Virus record (IMG/VR): IMGVR_UViG_3300021962_000027
Source: a virus
Length of the DNA: 64,000 nucleotides
Reading direction: 5' to 3' (one strand)
Position numbers and translations under genes: made by a program
The notes under the pieces: model-generated
Databases searched by the model: none
The model's input: only the letters and a program-made list of their open reading frames with translations
What the model was told of the DNA's origin: nothing
Shown here: positions 11,005-22,752 of the stretch, piece by piece
Position numbering within the stretch: the first letter of the stretch is position 1
Layout of the letters: each line of letters opens with the position of its first letter

Positions 11005-11780
11005 TGGTGGCAATTATGATGAAAGATGATATAGACTACTTAGTTAGTCTGTACATGGAGTCGTTAATAGACCCAAGTGGTTCGGTGATATCGCCATATT
11101 ACGATGACCCTAAAATTAGTGAGATTGAAAAAACTTTGTCGGAGATATACCCATATAGTGATATGGTTAAACCAGCAATGAAATATACAACAAATAATAA
11201 AAATATCACAAACCAGGGTGAAGTTAAAACTCATTTTTTAGACTCACCAGAGAAATATTTCATAACAGGTAAAACAGATAGTAAGTTTTCTTTATTGGAT
11301 TTAAGTTTTACGAGAGAGCAAGCTTTAAAGTTGTATAAAGATGATTTAACTAACGGTTATGCTGAATTGAGTGATAGAGTAATGCCAACACCTAGAAATA
11401 TTAGAGCGGGTAAGAGGATCGAGATTAGCGGTACCAATATAGTTGGTATGATTTTATCTGAATCGGATGAAAGAAAAGAATATGTTCTGTATTTAGATAC
11501 ACCAAATCCCGTTTTTTATGTTGATAATTTAGATAAAACAACTATATTTAAATTCATGAGAAATAATATTGATGATATGGTCACACCAACATTAAATTAT
11601 TATTCTGATACAATAGATGAACCAAAAGTTTTATCCGAAGTATTTATTGATAGAGGTGTAAATAACGCTTTTGAACCAATGAAGAAACTAAAAAATGTTA
11701 AGGATTTAAATGAATTAACAAAAACTGGATTTGGATATTATAAAATAAACACAAGAGGATACAATTTTAAAGATCAATAA
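11004..11780 (+). CDS. Putative virion structural protein
   Basis: 258 aa, TAATG overlap; C-terminal EVFIDRG..AFE..GFGYYKI. Confidence 0.55.
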   Translation: MVAIMMKDDIDYLVSLYMESLIDPSGSVISPYYDDPKISEIEKTLSEIYPYSDMVKPAMKYTTNNKNITNQGEVKTHFLDSPEKYFITGKTDSKFSLLDLSFTREQALKLYKDDLTNGYAELSDRVMPTPRNIRAGKRIEISGTNIVGMILSESDERKEYVLYLDTPNPVFYVDNLDKTTIFKFMRNNIDDMVTPTLNYYSDTIDEPKVLSEVFIDRGVNNAFEPMKKLKNVKDLNELTKTGFGYYKINTRGYNFKDQ

Positions 11781-11782
11781 AT

Positions 11783-12676
11783 ATGGGAATAGGTGTATAT
11801 GGTGTTAAAAGACCAGCAGATGTGGACCCTTCAGATATAGAAGTTATTGTTTTATACAGTAAGAATAGAAATGCTACTGAAGCTCAAAAAGTAACAAAAT
11901 TAAACGGTACTGACGTTATTAAACCAGTATTTGACCCAACCAATACCCTAGAGGTTTTAGGTGGTATGTATAACCTAGAGTTACCAAAAAGCGTATTTAA
12001 CGCTAAAGGTTTCTATACGGTATATATTAGACCAGCTCAAATAAGAGTCCAGATTGAGGATTGCGCTGAGTTGGCAACATTCCCAGATATTAAAGGTTTG
12101 GTATTGAACATAGATTCAGCACCGAATGGTTTCAAAAGCAAATTCAGTAATAACGGTTTAGATGGTTACAGAGTTGAATACCTTAACGATAACGGAAGTA
12201 AAGTACAAAACTTATACAGAGTTATCACATCATCGTTTATTGTTGAACCTGTTCAGGTTGACACACCTAATAGTTCAGTTAAAACCATTAAATACACATA
12301 TAACAACGTAGGGTCTTTATTATTCTGTACGGTAACACCAAATGCCGCACCAAGTTTTAAACCTACAGCAACACCATTTATTGGTTTTAAAGGTCAAAAC
12401 ATTGTTTTAACAAACACTAGTTTTACCCCACAAGTACTTGAAGTTGAATTAGTTAACTATGATGCTGAAAGTTTAGCAATCGCTTTATATTCGGATCAAA
12501 CTAAATCGATGGAAGATGGTATTTACACGTTATATGACTTTGATGGCAACATATATGCTCAGTATGATTTATATGAGATTAAAGACGCTACAAATAAAAA
12601 ATTATTTGAGGTTAGAACAAGAAGAAATAACATAGACTCAACAAAGACATTAAATAACATAGTAGGAAATGGCTAA
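11783..12676 (+). CDS. Putative baseplate-associated structural protein
   Basis: 297 aa, beta-rich, immediately precedes the giant wedge gene. Confidence 0.55.
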   Translation: MGIGVYGVKRPADVDPSDIEVIVLYSKNRNATEAQKVTKLNGTDVIKPVFDPTNTLEVLGGMYNLELPKSVFNAKGFYTVYIRPAQIRVQIEDCAELATFPDIKGLVLNIDSAPNGFKSKFSNNGLDGYRVEYLNDNGSKVQNLYRVITSSFIVEPVQVDTPNSSVKTIKYTYNNVGSLLFCTVTPNAAPSFKPTATPFIGFKGQNIVLTNTSFTPQVLEVELVNYDAESLAIALYSDQTKSMEDGIYTLYDFDGNIYAQYDLYEIKDATNKKLFEVRTRRNNIDSTKTLNNIVGNG

Positions 12677-15600
12677 TCTTAGTTATACAAATACACCATT
12701 AATAGCACACTTATATGACACAGCGGATGCAGCTATGGCTGCCGCAGCTGATCTTGGGTGTTCTGGTTATAGAACTTATAATATTAACGGTGAAAATAAA
12801 TATGTACCTTGTGCATCCTTTTTGGCGTATGAGCAAGCATTAAGATATTACAAAAGCCAAGGGGTTAATAACCAGATTTCTGGATCTGGTAATATTGGGG
12901 ATAAAGCGGTTGGCTTACAATTTGCTAACGCAAACGATGAAATCGCTGGTGATCCGTTTTTTACTTTAGGTAATTTTTCATTAAACACATCAGTCACCAA
13001 AAAAGGTGTATCTGGTAAAAATTTAACACTTTCTAGTGGTAATAAGTCATATACAGCTGAAAGTATTAATAAATTAAACCCAGCTAAAAACACAACACAA
13101 AGTGCTATTGATCAAGTTAACAAAAAGATTAATGATAACCTAACCGTTAGAGTACTTTTTAATAAAAAGAAATTACAAAATTATGTTTTATACGCTCCGA
13201 TGAAGGAGACTATTAAAAACACAATTATTGAAATAACCCAAAAATACCCAGCTGGTCTTAAATTAAATGTTATTGGTATTCTAACACCAACGGTGTCTGA
13301 ATATAATTATTCAACAAATAAAGACACATCCCAATTTAAAATCAATCTAAGTAATATATTCAACCCATTTGAAATTGAATACACAACATCGGGTTCGACA
13401 AAAAGTGATGATGTTAATATAACACCTTTGAGAAACTTTTCTAAAACATATACAGATTATGTTATTTACTATAAAGGGGTTGAATATAAGATATTAAATG
13501 CTACATTACCTAGTTCATATAATGATAATGATAATGGGATTTACGTAACTGTAGAAGGTAACCCGTTCATTAATGAAGTTAATAATGATAAAACTGTTAA
13601 TAGAACATTTTGGGTAAAACCAAAAATGCAAAAATATGATGAATTCCAAACAAACTTATCTGACATGGGTCAGTTTTTGTTGGATTATGATTATGATAAG
13701 AAAAAATATGTTAGTGTAATTCGTTACAAAAAATTCACTGATCTTGGTGTTGAGTTAAATATGAATGAAACATTATTATTTCCTCAGTATGATGAGGTTA
13801 ATATTGATTTATTCAGTGATGCGTTTGATAAATATTTAACTAAATTAAACGGTATATCGGATGACTTTGACGCAACAAAAACAAATTTAATCTCAAGATT
13901 CTTAACAACAGATTCTTTAAAAGAATTTGATACTGATGACAGGAGAATAAATTTAATGTTTGGGCTTATCGGTAAGAATTTTGATACCATTAAAAAATAT
14001 GTTGATGGTATAACATTCATGACTAATCTTAGTTATGATAAAATAGAAAACATACCTGACTTATTGGTTAAGAACTATGGTAATATGCTTGGTTTTGAGA
14101 CCTATAATGTTGAAGATGAGAATACGCTAATTGAATCATTGTTTGATATTAAAGACTTAAGGGTTGAACCTGGTTATAAACCAGTTGATATCGATATTGA
14201 ACTATGGCGTAGAATTTTTATAAACTCATACCATCTTTGGAAATCAAAAGGTACCAGAAAATCAATCGAATTTATCTTAAACCTAGTTGGTTTACCAGAT
14301 TCAATTTTCGAGGTTAATGAGTACGTTTATGTCGCTAGAGATAAAGTTGATTACACTCAGAAGGCATATGATTTGTATAAATCTAACTACAGTGATAATG
14401 TTCTATTAACATTGGTCCCTTTCGATAAAGATGGTTACCCAACAGTACCACCAAGAGTTAAATACCAAGAATATGGTTTTAGTGTCGCTAATGATGGTAA
14501 AAATTTCGGACCTTATGATTTCGGTACATCATATATCAGAGCTTACGAGGTTCAAAGTAACGTCCACATCTTTAACATGGATAGGGTAGCTGATAATGTA
14601 AAATCTTGGGTTTATTCTGAAAAACAAGTTCTTAGATTATCTGAGGATAGTATTGGGTATACCGAATATTATGAAGATGATTCTAGGTTAGTTGTAAACT
14701 CTAAAGAATTAGAGGTTTATATCTCGTCAGATAAAATATTTGATTTTACGATGTATAGATATCTAAATAGAAATAGCATTGGTCTGAATACCGATCTGAC
14801 GTTTAGAGCTGTACCTAGTATAAACGTTGGTAATCTAAGTTTTAACCAATTCTTACAGAAGTCGATGGATAATTACATCAAACCTGATAATAGAAAAACG
14901 ATTAAAACATACCCAACTTTAACTAAAATATATTATGATTACCTAGCTTCAACTGGTAATCCCGTGACAAACACAAAAAGTTTAGAGTTTTTAAATAAAT
15001 TTGATTCTTCATGGGTTAAATTAGTACAACAATTTACACCAGCCACAACAATATTAAATGCTGGTAAGAAAATACAAAATAGTAAGTTCTTAGATAACAA
15101 ATTTGTCTATAAACACGGTTTAAATAATAAAGTTAATTGGTTAGGTACTGATGGTTCTGAGTTCCAGAATTTAGCAAAAAGACCAGTTAATCAGGGTACC
15201 ACTAACCCATTTGATACGATCGGTGTTAAAAAATCACCATATGCTGGTGAATCATCTAGTTTCACATTAGTCGGTAACAAAGGTAAGAACTATACTGGTT
15301 ATGACCCAACTATCAACGAGTATTTTGGTTTCTACTATAATATTGAAGACGCTTGTAGTAGTGTTGAGATTTATAGATGGGATGAGAATGAGGACTATGG
15401 TGATGATGCTATTTATGGTGGTAATATAAATACTGGTTCTGGTGACAGAAAGGGTGTATACGTAACGTATGATAATAATCTTTACAGATTAAATACTAAT
15501 AATATTTATACATCTGGTTATACGATTAACACCGCTTTAAGTACATATACCGATGCGAATCTTTTATTAAGTAATACCTATGATACCGAAACAATTACAT

Positions 15601-18600
15601 TACCAAATGGCCCAGGTAATTATTTGGTTGAATTTGCTCTTTCTGGCCAAGATGATTTAAAAATATATGATGGTCTTGTATCTGGTATTGAATTAGATGG
15701 TATTAGTGGTCCTATCACTGGTTCGGTATTCTATTCAGAAATTTTAACATTCACAACTGATACGGTTACTTTCTGGAACATGCTAAATTACCCCAATGAT
15801 ATCACACTTAAAAACTTATCAGTTGGTCTATTAAGTAATAAGCCAAATGCGTTTAATGTATATGATTTAATACCGTTGAATACTGATGCTAGTTTGGTTA
15901 CGTTTAAGGATAGTACACCAACTACCATATCAACAATAGAAAGAAATTATTATATTGAGGCGGTTTCAATTGGCCACGCTTATTTAGCTGCTAATATTGA
16001 TTACGTTTGCCCTGTACCTAAACCACATACTTGTTACTATAACTATAGTGGTTTAACTATTAACATGGCAACTGCTGGTATTACAGATTATTATGATGAA
16101 ACTGGTCAGTATTTAACGATTGAACAATCAAAATACTATGGTTATTCTAAAAACACAGCTACAACAGAACCAGATGACGCAATTTACGGTAAATCAGGTG
16201 ATTGGGTTGTACCTTTTAGAAAATCAAATAGCTGGATAAACGGTGTTGTGTATTATGCTGGTGACGTTGTTACCAAATCTTCGGTTAACTATTTAGTTAC
16301 TGGGGCTACTGTAACAGGTTACACAGTTTCTGGTGTACCATCTGGTACAACCGCAACAACTATTGTACCTGGGATGTATCAAGCGTATTTAAATCGAGTT
16401 AAAACAGATCCGTATATGCATATCGATTCAGCATATATCAAAAAACTAAGAGTTAACCCGTTTAGTGATATCGTTTCGATTAATCTAACTAAAAACCTTT
16501 ACCTATACCAAGTTTACAGTGGTTCAACACAAACTGAAACTTATAAGGTTGTTAATAATGTTCTAAATGATGAGCTTTATATTAGTGAATCATCTAGTTT
16601 AACTTTTGATGGTTTTTATTCTTTAGATGAGACTAAAATCGGTCCGTTCTATACAGCTAATACTGATGAAATTTTAGTAAATACTTTAATTGATGAATTA
16701 GAACTTTCACCTGATAAGGATAACTACATAGATATCAAGTCACTGAATGATAATTTTAACGTTAATAATAATAGTATTAGTTTATCAGATGGTTATTATT
16801 TAGTAAAACAAAACGGTTTCTTAAAATTTGAATCAGATTTATATTTTGAATCCGAGTTTGTTATACAACAAGATCTTACCATAAAACTTTTAGATCAGTT
16901 TGGGACCATTTACCATGAAGAACTATTCACATTTAGTGGTGGTGATACTAGCCAAGATAGAGTTGCGAATGTCAGCTTTGAAGGGGTTTTTGCTGTTGAT
17001 ACCAGACTTTATTTAGTCGTTAACCCACAAACATATGGGTGTACGTTAAAAAGATATGAGATACTGGATTACGATTATCTGAACCCAACAACTTATTCAC
17101 CAATAGATGATCCTAGATTTAGGGTTTATTTCAATGGTGGTAGATCGCTTATTGACGGACATTATACTGATGACCTATTATCTATAGAACCAATTGGTGA
17201 TAACGTAAATTTTCAGGTAGAGCACAATATATTTAAAACAGATACTACTTTAGACACATATAAATTTAGACCTAGACCAAGTATAAGTCAATCATATGAT
17301 GAAGCTAATGCTTTTGGTTTGATCTATGGTAAGTTCTATGAAAAATTCAAAACAGCTAGCACTATTGGTGATGTAACTGTGTATGAAAAAGGTTTTAATA
17401 ACGATAAATTAGATTTTGAGTTAATGGTTAGATCAAAAGATGCACCATCTTTATTACCAGAAGACCAATCACAAAATGGTATTAAAAAATCATATACAAT
17501 AACGTCAACTAATAATTATATAGGTAATACCCCACAGGAAGCTGATAATATGGGTATAACTAAAAATATTATTATTGGTAAAACACCAAAACCTAGGTTA
17601 AAAACTTTAAATAAACAAGATTTCCCATTCTTGAGATATCTTAAAAATGAAACTGTTATTAACAGTACCGCTTCTACAATTGATTTTATTGGTTATGATA
17701 GCGGACTCACTGATTATGATTTAGTTAGTTATACTGGTGATACGATTAATAACTTAATTTCAAAAACAAGATATCAAAATACTATAGGTTATTGGAAAAA
17801 AGAAAATGTTGTTTATAATACACAATTATATAAAGATATTTTAGCTGTTGTACCCGACTTTAACCCGACTATTAATAATTACCAAATTAACGATATTGTT
17901 AAAGTTAAACTAATTAATTATGATGTTGTTGTTGAAACAGCAACTGGTACAACGATTGAGACAAAAACTGTTGAAAGATTATATGTTTGTATTGAAGATA
18001 TTACAAGCAACCACCTTAGAAAGAAAACTGGTATATCATATGCAATGAATATACACCCAATATACCAGCCAAATGGTGCTAGAGCATCTTTTATACCTAT
18101 TGAAAAATATGATATAAAAGCTTTCACACCGATAGGTTATGATAAATTTGATAGATATTCTTCAGTTAAAACAAAAATTAAACCCTATACATATAATTCC
18201 GCTATTATATTAACAGGCGCACCAACTCAAAAACTTAATTTAGGTGATATAATTAGAACGGGTAATAACACCGCTTATACTTATTATGAATATGTTTATA
18301 ATAAATCATTACTTTTTGAATCTGGTAACATCTACCCAATAGGATCATTTGTTTATTATAACGCATCAACATATGGTACTGATAGTACTTTCAGTTTCTG
18401 GATGAAAAAGACGGCAACAGGTACATCAACACCAACAACAGGTGCAAATTGGCATGAGTTTAGGTTAACAGGTGCAACATCGAATAATTTATTTTACACT
18501 AAAAATGATGTAATAACTTTAACTGGTACACCAGACTTAACCTACACACCAGCAACATTTAGGTTAAAGAATTTAATACCTACACAAATTAGTGTAAGCG

Positions 18601-19997
18601 GTAATAAATATTATTCAACATTAAATACTGGGTTTACAAATACGGTTATCGCTGATGCGGCACCCAACTATTTACCGATGGTTAATACAGCTGGTGAATT
18701 AGATGGCACTGATATGGTTGGTTATTACTTAGTTACTGGTACGACAGTTCAATATTCTGGTGGATCAAATAGTCTATACACTGGATATACTTTAGATACG
18801 AATCTAATACAAAATGATTATACCACTGTTAATGATAAAACAATTAGTGGTATAAGATTAGCGAGCAATAATATATCAAATAACATTAAACCGTTATTTG
18901 AAAGATTATGTTCTAACACTGACGATGATAGTATATACGAATGGTCCTCAACAAGATCATATGCGGCTAATTCAACAAAAATGAGCACCAGATATAGTTT
19001 AAGTAGAAATGTTCTATATAGAGCTAAAAATGTAACTATTGGTACAAACGCAACTGAACCGCATTTAAATACAACTAGATGGGAAGAATATGATTTTATG
19101 TTAGTTAACAAATTTACCTATTATAAAGACAGAACCAAGGTTAAAATTTATGAGGGTACTGTTGAATCTTTAAACACAACAACTAAAAATAGTTTATATT
19201 TCTTTAAAAATGATTTAACCTTAAAATCAGGTTTTGCTGAAAATTCTTTTAGCGGGTCAACTAAAAATGTTAAATTATTAAATGGGGTTAACAAACTATT
19301 TGACGCTAAAAATGAGAATTTAAGAGATGTTTCTCAATATGGTGTAGCTGGGTTTAGAAAATCTGGGTCAGACATAATAATGGATTATTACTATGATAGG
19401 GATGATAATAATTTACCGTTAACAGGTGAATTTATAGGTGGTTTAACAATAACAAACCCATGTGGACATCACGCAAAAGTGATATTTGGTGTATTATTTG
19501 ACGCAGATTTAAGATCATTAAGTCAATTATACCCTAGAAAACAAACAAATCCAGCGGTACCAGTTATTGCTAGTTCAACATATAACCCTAACATTAGATT
19601 AATAGTTAATCAGTTTGGTGCGACTAAAATGAGAGTTACCATATCTAGTCCAAATATGAGCACAATTACAAAGGTGTTAGCTAAAAACCAATCAATTGAT
19701 GATACCATATCAGCGATAAAAGGTGATAATATAACGATTAGTGTTACATATGACACAAATAAAAATCTTACTAGATATAAGAGTGGTAATGTTGACGGGT
19801 ATACATTATATAACGCAAGCGATGTTGGTATTGATAATACCTACATAACAGCAACTAAAACGTCTGTTAGTAAAGTTGTTACAAGAACAGTTAAACTTAA
19901 AGATCTCTATGAGGATAGAGTTATTAAATTAGACTTTGAAGGTGCCAATTATATAGAACTAGCAACAGTTGATCCAGCAGATTACATAAAATTATAA
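12669..19997 (+). CDS. Giant baseplate wedge/tail protein (gp7 / tail protein I-like core) with CBM5/12-like repeats
   Basis: 2442 aa; IPDLLV...G and HLWKSKGTRKSIEFIL tail-I/gp7 motif; several W-x4-5-Y-x2-G-D/S-x-V repeats; N-terminal LGCSG..VPC domain. Confidence 0.7.
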   Translation: MANLSYTNTPLIAHLYDTADAAMAAAADLGCSGYRTYNINGENKYVPCASFLAYEQALRYYKSQGVNNQISGSGNIGDKAVGLQFANANDEIAGDPFFTLGNFSLNTSVTKKGVSGKNLTLSSGNKSYTAESINKLNPAKNTTQSAIDQVNKKINDNLTVRVLFNKKKLQNYVLYAPMKETIKNTIIEITQKYPAGLKLNVIGILTPTVSEYNYSTNKDTSQFKINLSNIFNPFEIEYTTSGSTKSDDVNITPLRNFSKTYTDYVIYYKGVEYKILNATLPSSYNDNDNGIYVTVEGNPFINEVNNDKTVNRTFWVKPKMQKYDEFQTNLSDMGQFLLDYDYDKKKYVSVIRYKKFTDLGVELNMNETLLFPQYDEVNIDLFSDAFDKYLTKLNGISDDFDATKTNLISRFLTTDSLKEFDTDDRRINLMFGLIGKNFDTIKKYVDGITFMTNLSYDKIENIPDLLVKNYGNMLGFETYNVEDENTLIESLFDIKDLRVEPGYKPVDIDIELWRRIFINSYHLWKSKGTRKSIEFILNLVGLPDSIFEVNEYVYVARDKVDYTQKAYDLYKSNYSDNVLLTLVPFDKDGYPTVPPRVKYQEYGFSVANDGKNFGPYDFGTSYIRAYEVQSNVHIFNMDRVADNVKSWVYSEKQVLRLSEDSIGYTEYYEDDSRLVVNSKELEVYISSDKIFDFTMYRYLNRNSIGLNTDLTFRAVPSINVGNLSFNQFLQKSMDNYIKPDNRKTIKTYPTLTKIYYDYLASTGNPVTNTKSLEFLNKFDSSWVKLVQQFTPATTILNAGKKIQNSKFLDNKFVYKHGLNNKVNWLGTDGSEFQNLAKRPVNQGTTNPFDTIGVKKSPYAGESSSFTLVGNKGKNYTGYDPTINEYFGFYYNIEDACSSVEIYRWDENEDYGDDAIYGGNINTGSGDRKGVYVTYDNNLYRLNTNNIYTSGYTINTALSTYTDANLLLSNTYDTETITLPNGPGNYLVEFALSGQDDLKIYDGLVSGIELDGISGPITGSVFYSEILTFTTDTVTFWNMLNYPNDITLKNLSVGLLSNKPNAFNVYDLIPLNTDASLVTFKDSTPTTISTIERNYYIEAVSIGHAYLAANIDYVCPVPKPHTCYYNYSGLTINMATAGITDYYDETGQYLTIEQSKYYGYSKNTATTEPDDAIYGKSGDWVVPFRKSNSWINGVVYYAGDVVTKSSVNYLVTGATVTGYTVSGVPSGTTATTIVPGMYQAYLNRVKTDPYMHIDSAYIKKLRVNPFSDIVSINLTKNLYLYQVYSGSTQTETYKVVNNVLNDELYISESSSLTFDGFYSLDETKIGPFYTANTDEILVNTLIDELELSPDKDNYIDIKSLNDNFNVNNNSISLSDGYYLVKQNGFLKFESDLYFESEFVIQQDLTIKLLDQFGTIYHEELFTFSGGDTSQDRVANVSFEGVFAVDTRLYLVVNPQTYGCTLKRYEILDYDYLNPTTYSPIDDPRFRVYFNGGRSLIDGHYTDDLLSIEPIGDNVNFQVEHNIFKTDTTLDTYKFRPRPSISQSYDEANAFGLIYGKFYEKFKTASTIGDVTVYEKGFNNDKLDFELMVRSKDAPSLLPEDQSQNGIKKSYTITSTNNYIGNTPQEADNMGITKNIIIGKTPKPRLKTLNKQDFPFLRYLKNETVINSTASTIDFIGYDSGLTDYDLVSYTGDTINNLISKTRYQNTIGYWKKENVVYNTQLYKDILAVVPDFNPTINNYQINDIVKVKLINYDVVVETATGTTIETKTVERLYVCIEDITSNHLRKKTGISYAMNIHPIYQPNGARASFIPIEKYDIKAFTPIGYDKFDRYSSVKTKIKPYTYNSAIILTGAPTQKLNLGDIIRTGNNTAYTYYEYVYNKSLLFESGNIYPIGSFVYYNASTYGTDSTFSFWMKKTATGTSTPTTGANWHEFRLTGATSNNLFYTKNDVITLTGTPDLTYTPATFRLKNLIPTQISVSGNKYYSTLNTGFTNTVIADAAPNYLPMVNTAGELDGTDMVGYYLVTGTTVQYSGGSNSLYTGYTLDTNLIQNDYTTVNDKTISGIRLASNNISNNIKPLFERLCSNTDDDSIYEWSSTRSYAANSTKMSTRYSLSRNVLYRAKNVTIGTNATEPHLNTTRWEEYDFMLVNKFTYYKDRTKVKIYEGTVESLNTTTKNSLYFFKNDLTLKSGFAENSFSGSTKNVKLLNGVNKLFDAKNENLRDVSQYGVAGFRKSGSDIIMDYYYDRDDNNLPLTGEFIGGLTITNPCGHHAKVIFGVLFDADLRSLSQLYPRKQTNPAVPVIASSTYNPNIRLIVNQFGATKMRVTISSPNMSTITKVLAKNQSIDDTISAIKGDNITISVTYDTNKNLTRYKSGNVDGYTLYNASDVGIDNTYITATKTSVSKVVTRTVKLKDLYEDRVIKLDFEGANYIELATVDPADYIKL

Positions 19998-20005
19998 AAT
20001 AACGA

Positions 20006-20013
20006 TATTTATA
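20006..20013 (+). promoter_or_regulatory. TATTTATA putative late promoter
   Basis: In the 28-bp gap, 12 nt before the ATG at 20026. Confidence 0.55.
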
Positions 20014-20025
20014 TAAAAACAAAAA

Positions 20026-22752
20026 ATGAGCTATATAATTAAGAAAAATGATCCCTTAGTTAATGTTAAATTAACAAATAATGGTAGGAGAAATTTGGCT
20101 GAGGGTGCTTTAAATTTTACATATTTTGGGCTTGGTGATAGTGAGATGAACTATACCACTGATGAGGTGTCAAGTGTAAACGTTTCAAGACCATCTGATA
20201 ACGCCTTTAATATGAACTACCCAGTTAGTCCAGACGGTGTCAATACCGTAGTACCAATAACTTTAGTTAACGCTATACCTAACGAGGTATACACAACGGC
20301 TATTGAAAGAGGTTTTTTTGAATATACTGGTACAACAATCCACCCAGTAGTAAATTTGGCTAGTTTATACAATATTACTGGTACAACAATTGGGTCAACA
20401 AATACAATATCATTTGAATTTACAACAAATAGCTCAAAAAACGCTCATTACACCGATTTAAAACCTGGTGATTATCTTTTTGTTAAATACGAAAATGATA
20501 ATTTTGTTAGCGGTTCAACCTATTCACAATCTGTCGAAATCACTCAACCTAATCAATATCTCTGGTATTCAATAGAGACAATAACAACAGCTGATTCTGG
20601 TGATAATCAGACATTAACTGGTATTACGACTGGTACGACAATAACACTTGTTCTTGATCGAAAATTACCAGTTGGTTCAGCCAATTTAACAGGGTTTATT
20701 TACCCAGGTAAAGATACAATAAAAGATTATTATGATAACGCAACACCTTTAGCTTATTGGCAAGGTGGATTATTGGATTTCTCTAATAATAATACACAAT
20801 CTGAATTAGATGTTCCAGTGTGGAATATGAACATAATTAATATTGAGGATGTTATTGGATTAAATCCTGTTACCGACAAGTCAAAATATGATGCTGTATC
20901 AAGTAATTACCTCGGAGCTGCAATAAAATTTAACCAATATGATGTTAAATCTAAGGTTGGTATAATACACTACACTAATAACACTGTTTCAAATTTTTAC
21001 GGTGAGGGTTTTTATAGGTCAACATTAAAACTTAAAATACCTTATATAATGTGGCACAAACAACAATTCACGAGTACACCAACAACTATCGGGTATACGT
21101 TTATTGCTGATACTGAGTTAAAAACGATGACAGTTAATGCTGAATTGGGTATTGGTGGGTTGACTTACCAGTATTATGATTTAATTGATCAGGAAACGGA
21201 TAAAAATATTGTGGGTAAAGTTCTTATCGATGAAAAAGTTATTCTTATCGAGGATCCAGAATTGTTATCCGTGTTATCACATAAAGCTAATAGAAACTGG
21301 ACATTACCCAAACCAATACTTACCTTAACAGAGCCAGGTATTTGCGGTAATACTAGTACAATAGGTTCAGTACAACCAGGTGAATATTTTTTTGCATCGT
21401 ATTTATTTTCAGATACAAATGGTATAACAGGTATGCAATGCGAGGATTACACAATGGTGTTTAATAATACTGATAAACCTAAGGACGTTTTATTTGAATT
21501 TAATAAAAAGACCTCTGACCCAAATTATAGCGAATTTAATTTTTTAACCGATTATGACGATATCACTGGAACAGGTTTTAAAACTAACCAGATATTTTTA
21601 TTATGGCAAAAATCCGAAACACCGATAAAACCAGACTCAACAAATTGGTCTTATGTGGAAGTTAGTGAATATTTGGGTACAAATGGTTGTGTAACTGGTG
21701 TTATGAAAACCGATTGTAGTGAATTTGAATTACATGCGGATATTTTAGATTACAGTAATGATTTACTATTAACACACCCAACAATCAATTTATCAACATT
21801 TGACGCATTTGAATTGGGTGAAACTCAGGTTGGTGAGGTTATTGTTATTTTTAACGGTACGGTGCAAAAACAAGCGTCAGATGATACATTATCTAATGGG
21901 GACTATTACCTATACCCAAATTCAACAGGTATAGTTGGTCCAAATAATAGAAATGTTATTGTGTTTGCGCAAGGGTATGGTGTATCAGGTGATTTATTAC
22001 AGATTTATTATTTAATCGGTAATAGCGTAACAGCTAAAACGATTAAGCAAGTGATATCAGTACCATCCTTAACAACTATTAATTCGAATACAAATGCGGA
22101 CCAGATCTATAAATCAACGATCGCACCGAATAGGATATCACTTAAATTAGATAAACAACCTAATAATTCAACAGTATGGTTATTCTATAAAGGTATGTTA
22201 TTATCATCTGCAACATATGGTATTTTTGTTACAAATGAAACGATTGATGATAGACGTGTTGAATTAAACTTTACCCCAGCTCAGGGTAGTGAAATAACGA
22301 TATTTTATTTAGATAATTCAGGACTTGGGCAATTAGTTTCAACAAATGTTTTAACAAAAGATACAATAGCGGCATTAAGGGTAAATATTGACCAATATAT
22401 ACTTGACAATAGTGAGACTGATCTTTATATTTTAACAGATTATATTGATTTACCATCGGTTACTGAAGCGGATAAATTTACATTTGGTGATGAGGTATTC
22501 TTTTACGGAAACATTGAGACGGACATAAAAGCGACTATCTATAAAACACAATTAACATGTAATGTTTTACCGAATCAGTTCATAGCTTCACAGAACCCAA
22601 CATTTAACCCAGATCAGGATAAAGTTGCTTTCACTGAAATAGCTATTTATGATAGTAATAATATGGTTGTCGCAACTGGTAAATTTTCAGAGCCAGTGAC
22701 GAGAAAATATAATTCTGATATGTTAGTATTACAAGCAACAATTGATTTCTAA
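20026..22752 (+). CDS. Tail/baseplate protein with tail-collar-fibre (DUF3751-like) N- and C-terminal halves
   Basis: N-term LTNNGRRNLA..FTYFGLGD; C-term FTEIAIYDSNNMVVATGKFSEP. Confidence 0.65.
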   Translation: MSYIIKKNDPLVNVKLTNNGRRNLAEGALNFTYFGLGDSEMNYTTDEVSSVNVSRPSDNAFNMNYPVSPDGVNTVVPITLVNAIPNEVYTTAIERGFFEYTGTTIHPVVNLASLYNITGTTIGSTNTISFEFTTNSSKNAHYTDLKPGDYLFVKYENDNFVSGSTYSQSVEITQPNQYLWYSIETITTADSGDNQTLTGITTGTTITLVLDRKLPVGSANLTGFIYPGKDTIKDYYDNATPLAYWQGGLLDFSNNNTQSELDVPVWNMNIINIEDVIGLNPVTDKSKYDAVSSNYLGAAIKFNQYDVKSKVGIIHYTNNTVSNFYGEGFYRSTLKLKIPYIMWHKQQFTSTPTTIGYTFIADTELKTMTVNAELGIGGLTYQYYDLIDQETDKNIVGKVLIDEKVILIEDPELLSVLSHKANRNWTLPKPILTLTEPGICGNTSTIGSVQPGEYFFASYLFSDTNGITGMQCEDYTMVFNNTDKPKDVLFEFNKKTSDPNYSEFNFLTDYDDITGTGFKTNQIFLLWQKSETPIKPDSTNWSYVEVSEYLGTNGCVTGVMKTDCSEFELHADILDYSNDLLLTHPTINLSTFDAFELGETQVGEVIVIFNGTVQKQASDDTLSNGDYYLYPNSTGIVGPNNRNVIVFAQGYGVSGDLLQIYYLIGNSVTAKTIKQVISVPSLTTINSNTNADQIYKSTIAPNRISLKLDKQPNNSTVWLFYKGMLLSSATYGIFVTNETIDDRRVELNFTPAQGSEITIFYLDNSGLGQLVSTNVLTKDTIAALRVNIDQYILDNSETDLYILTDYIDLPSVTEADKFTFGDEVFFYGNIETDIKATIYKTQLTCNVLPNQFIASQNPTFNPDQDKVAFTEIAIYDSNNMVVATGKFSEPVTRKYNSDMLVLQATIDF

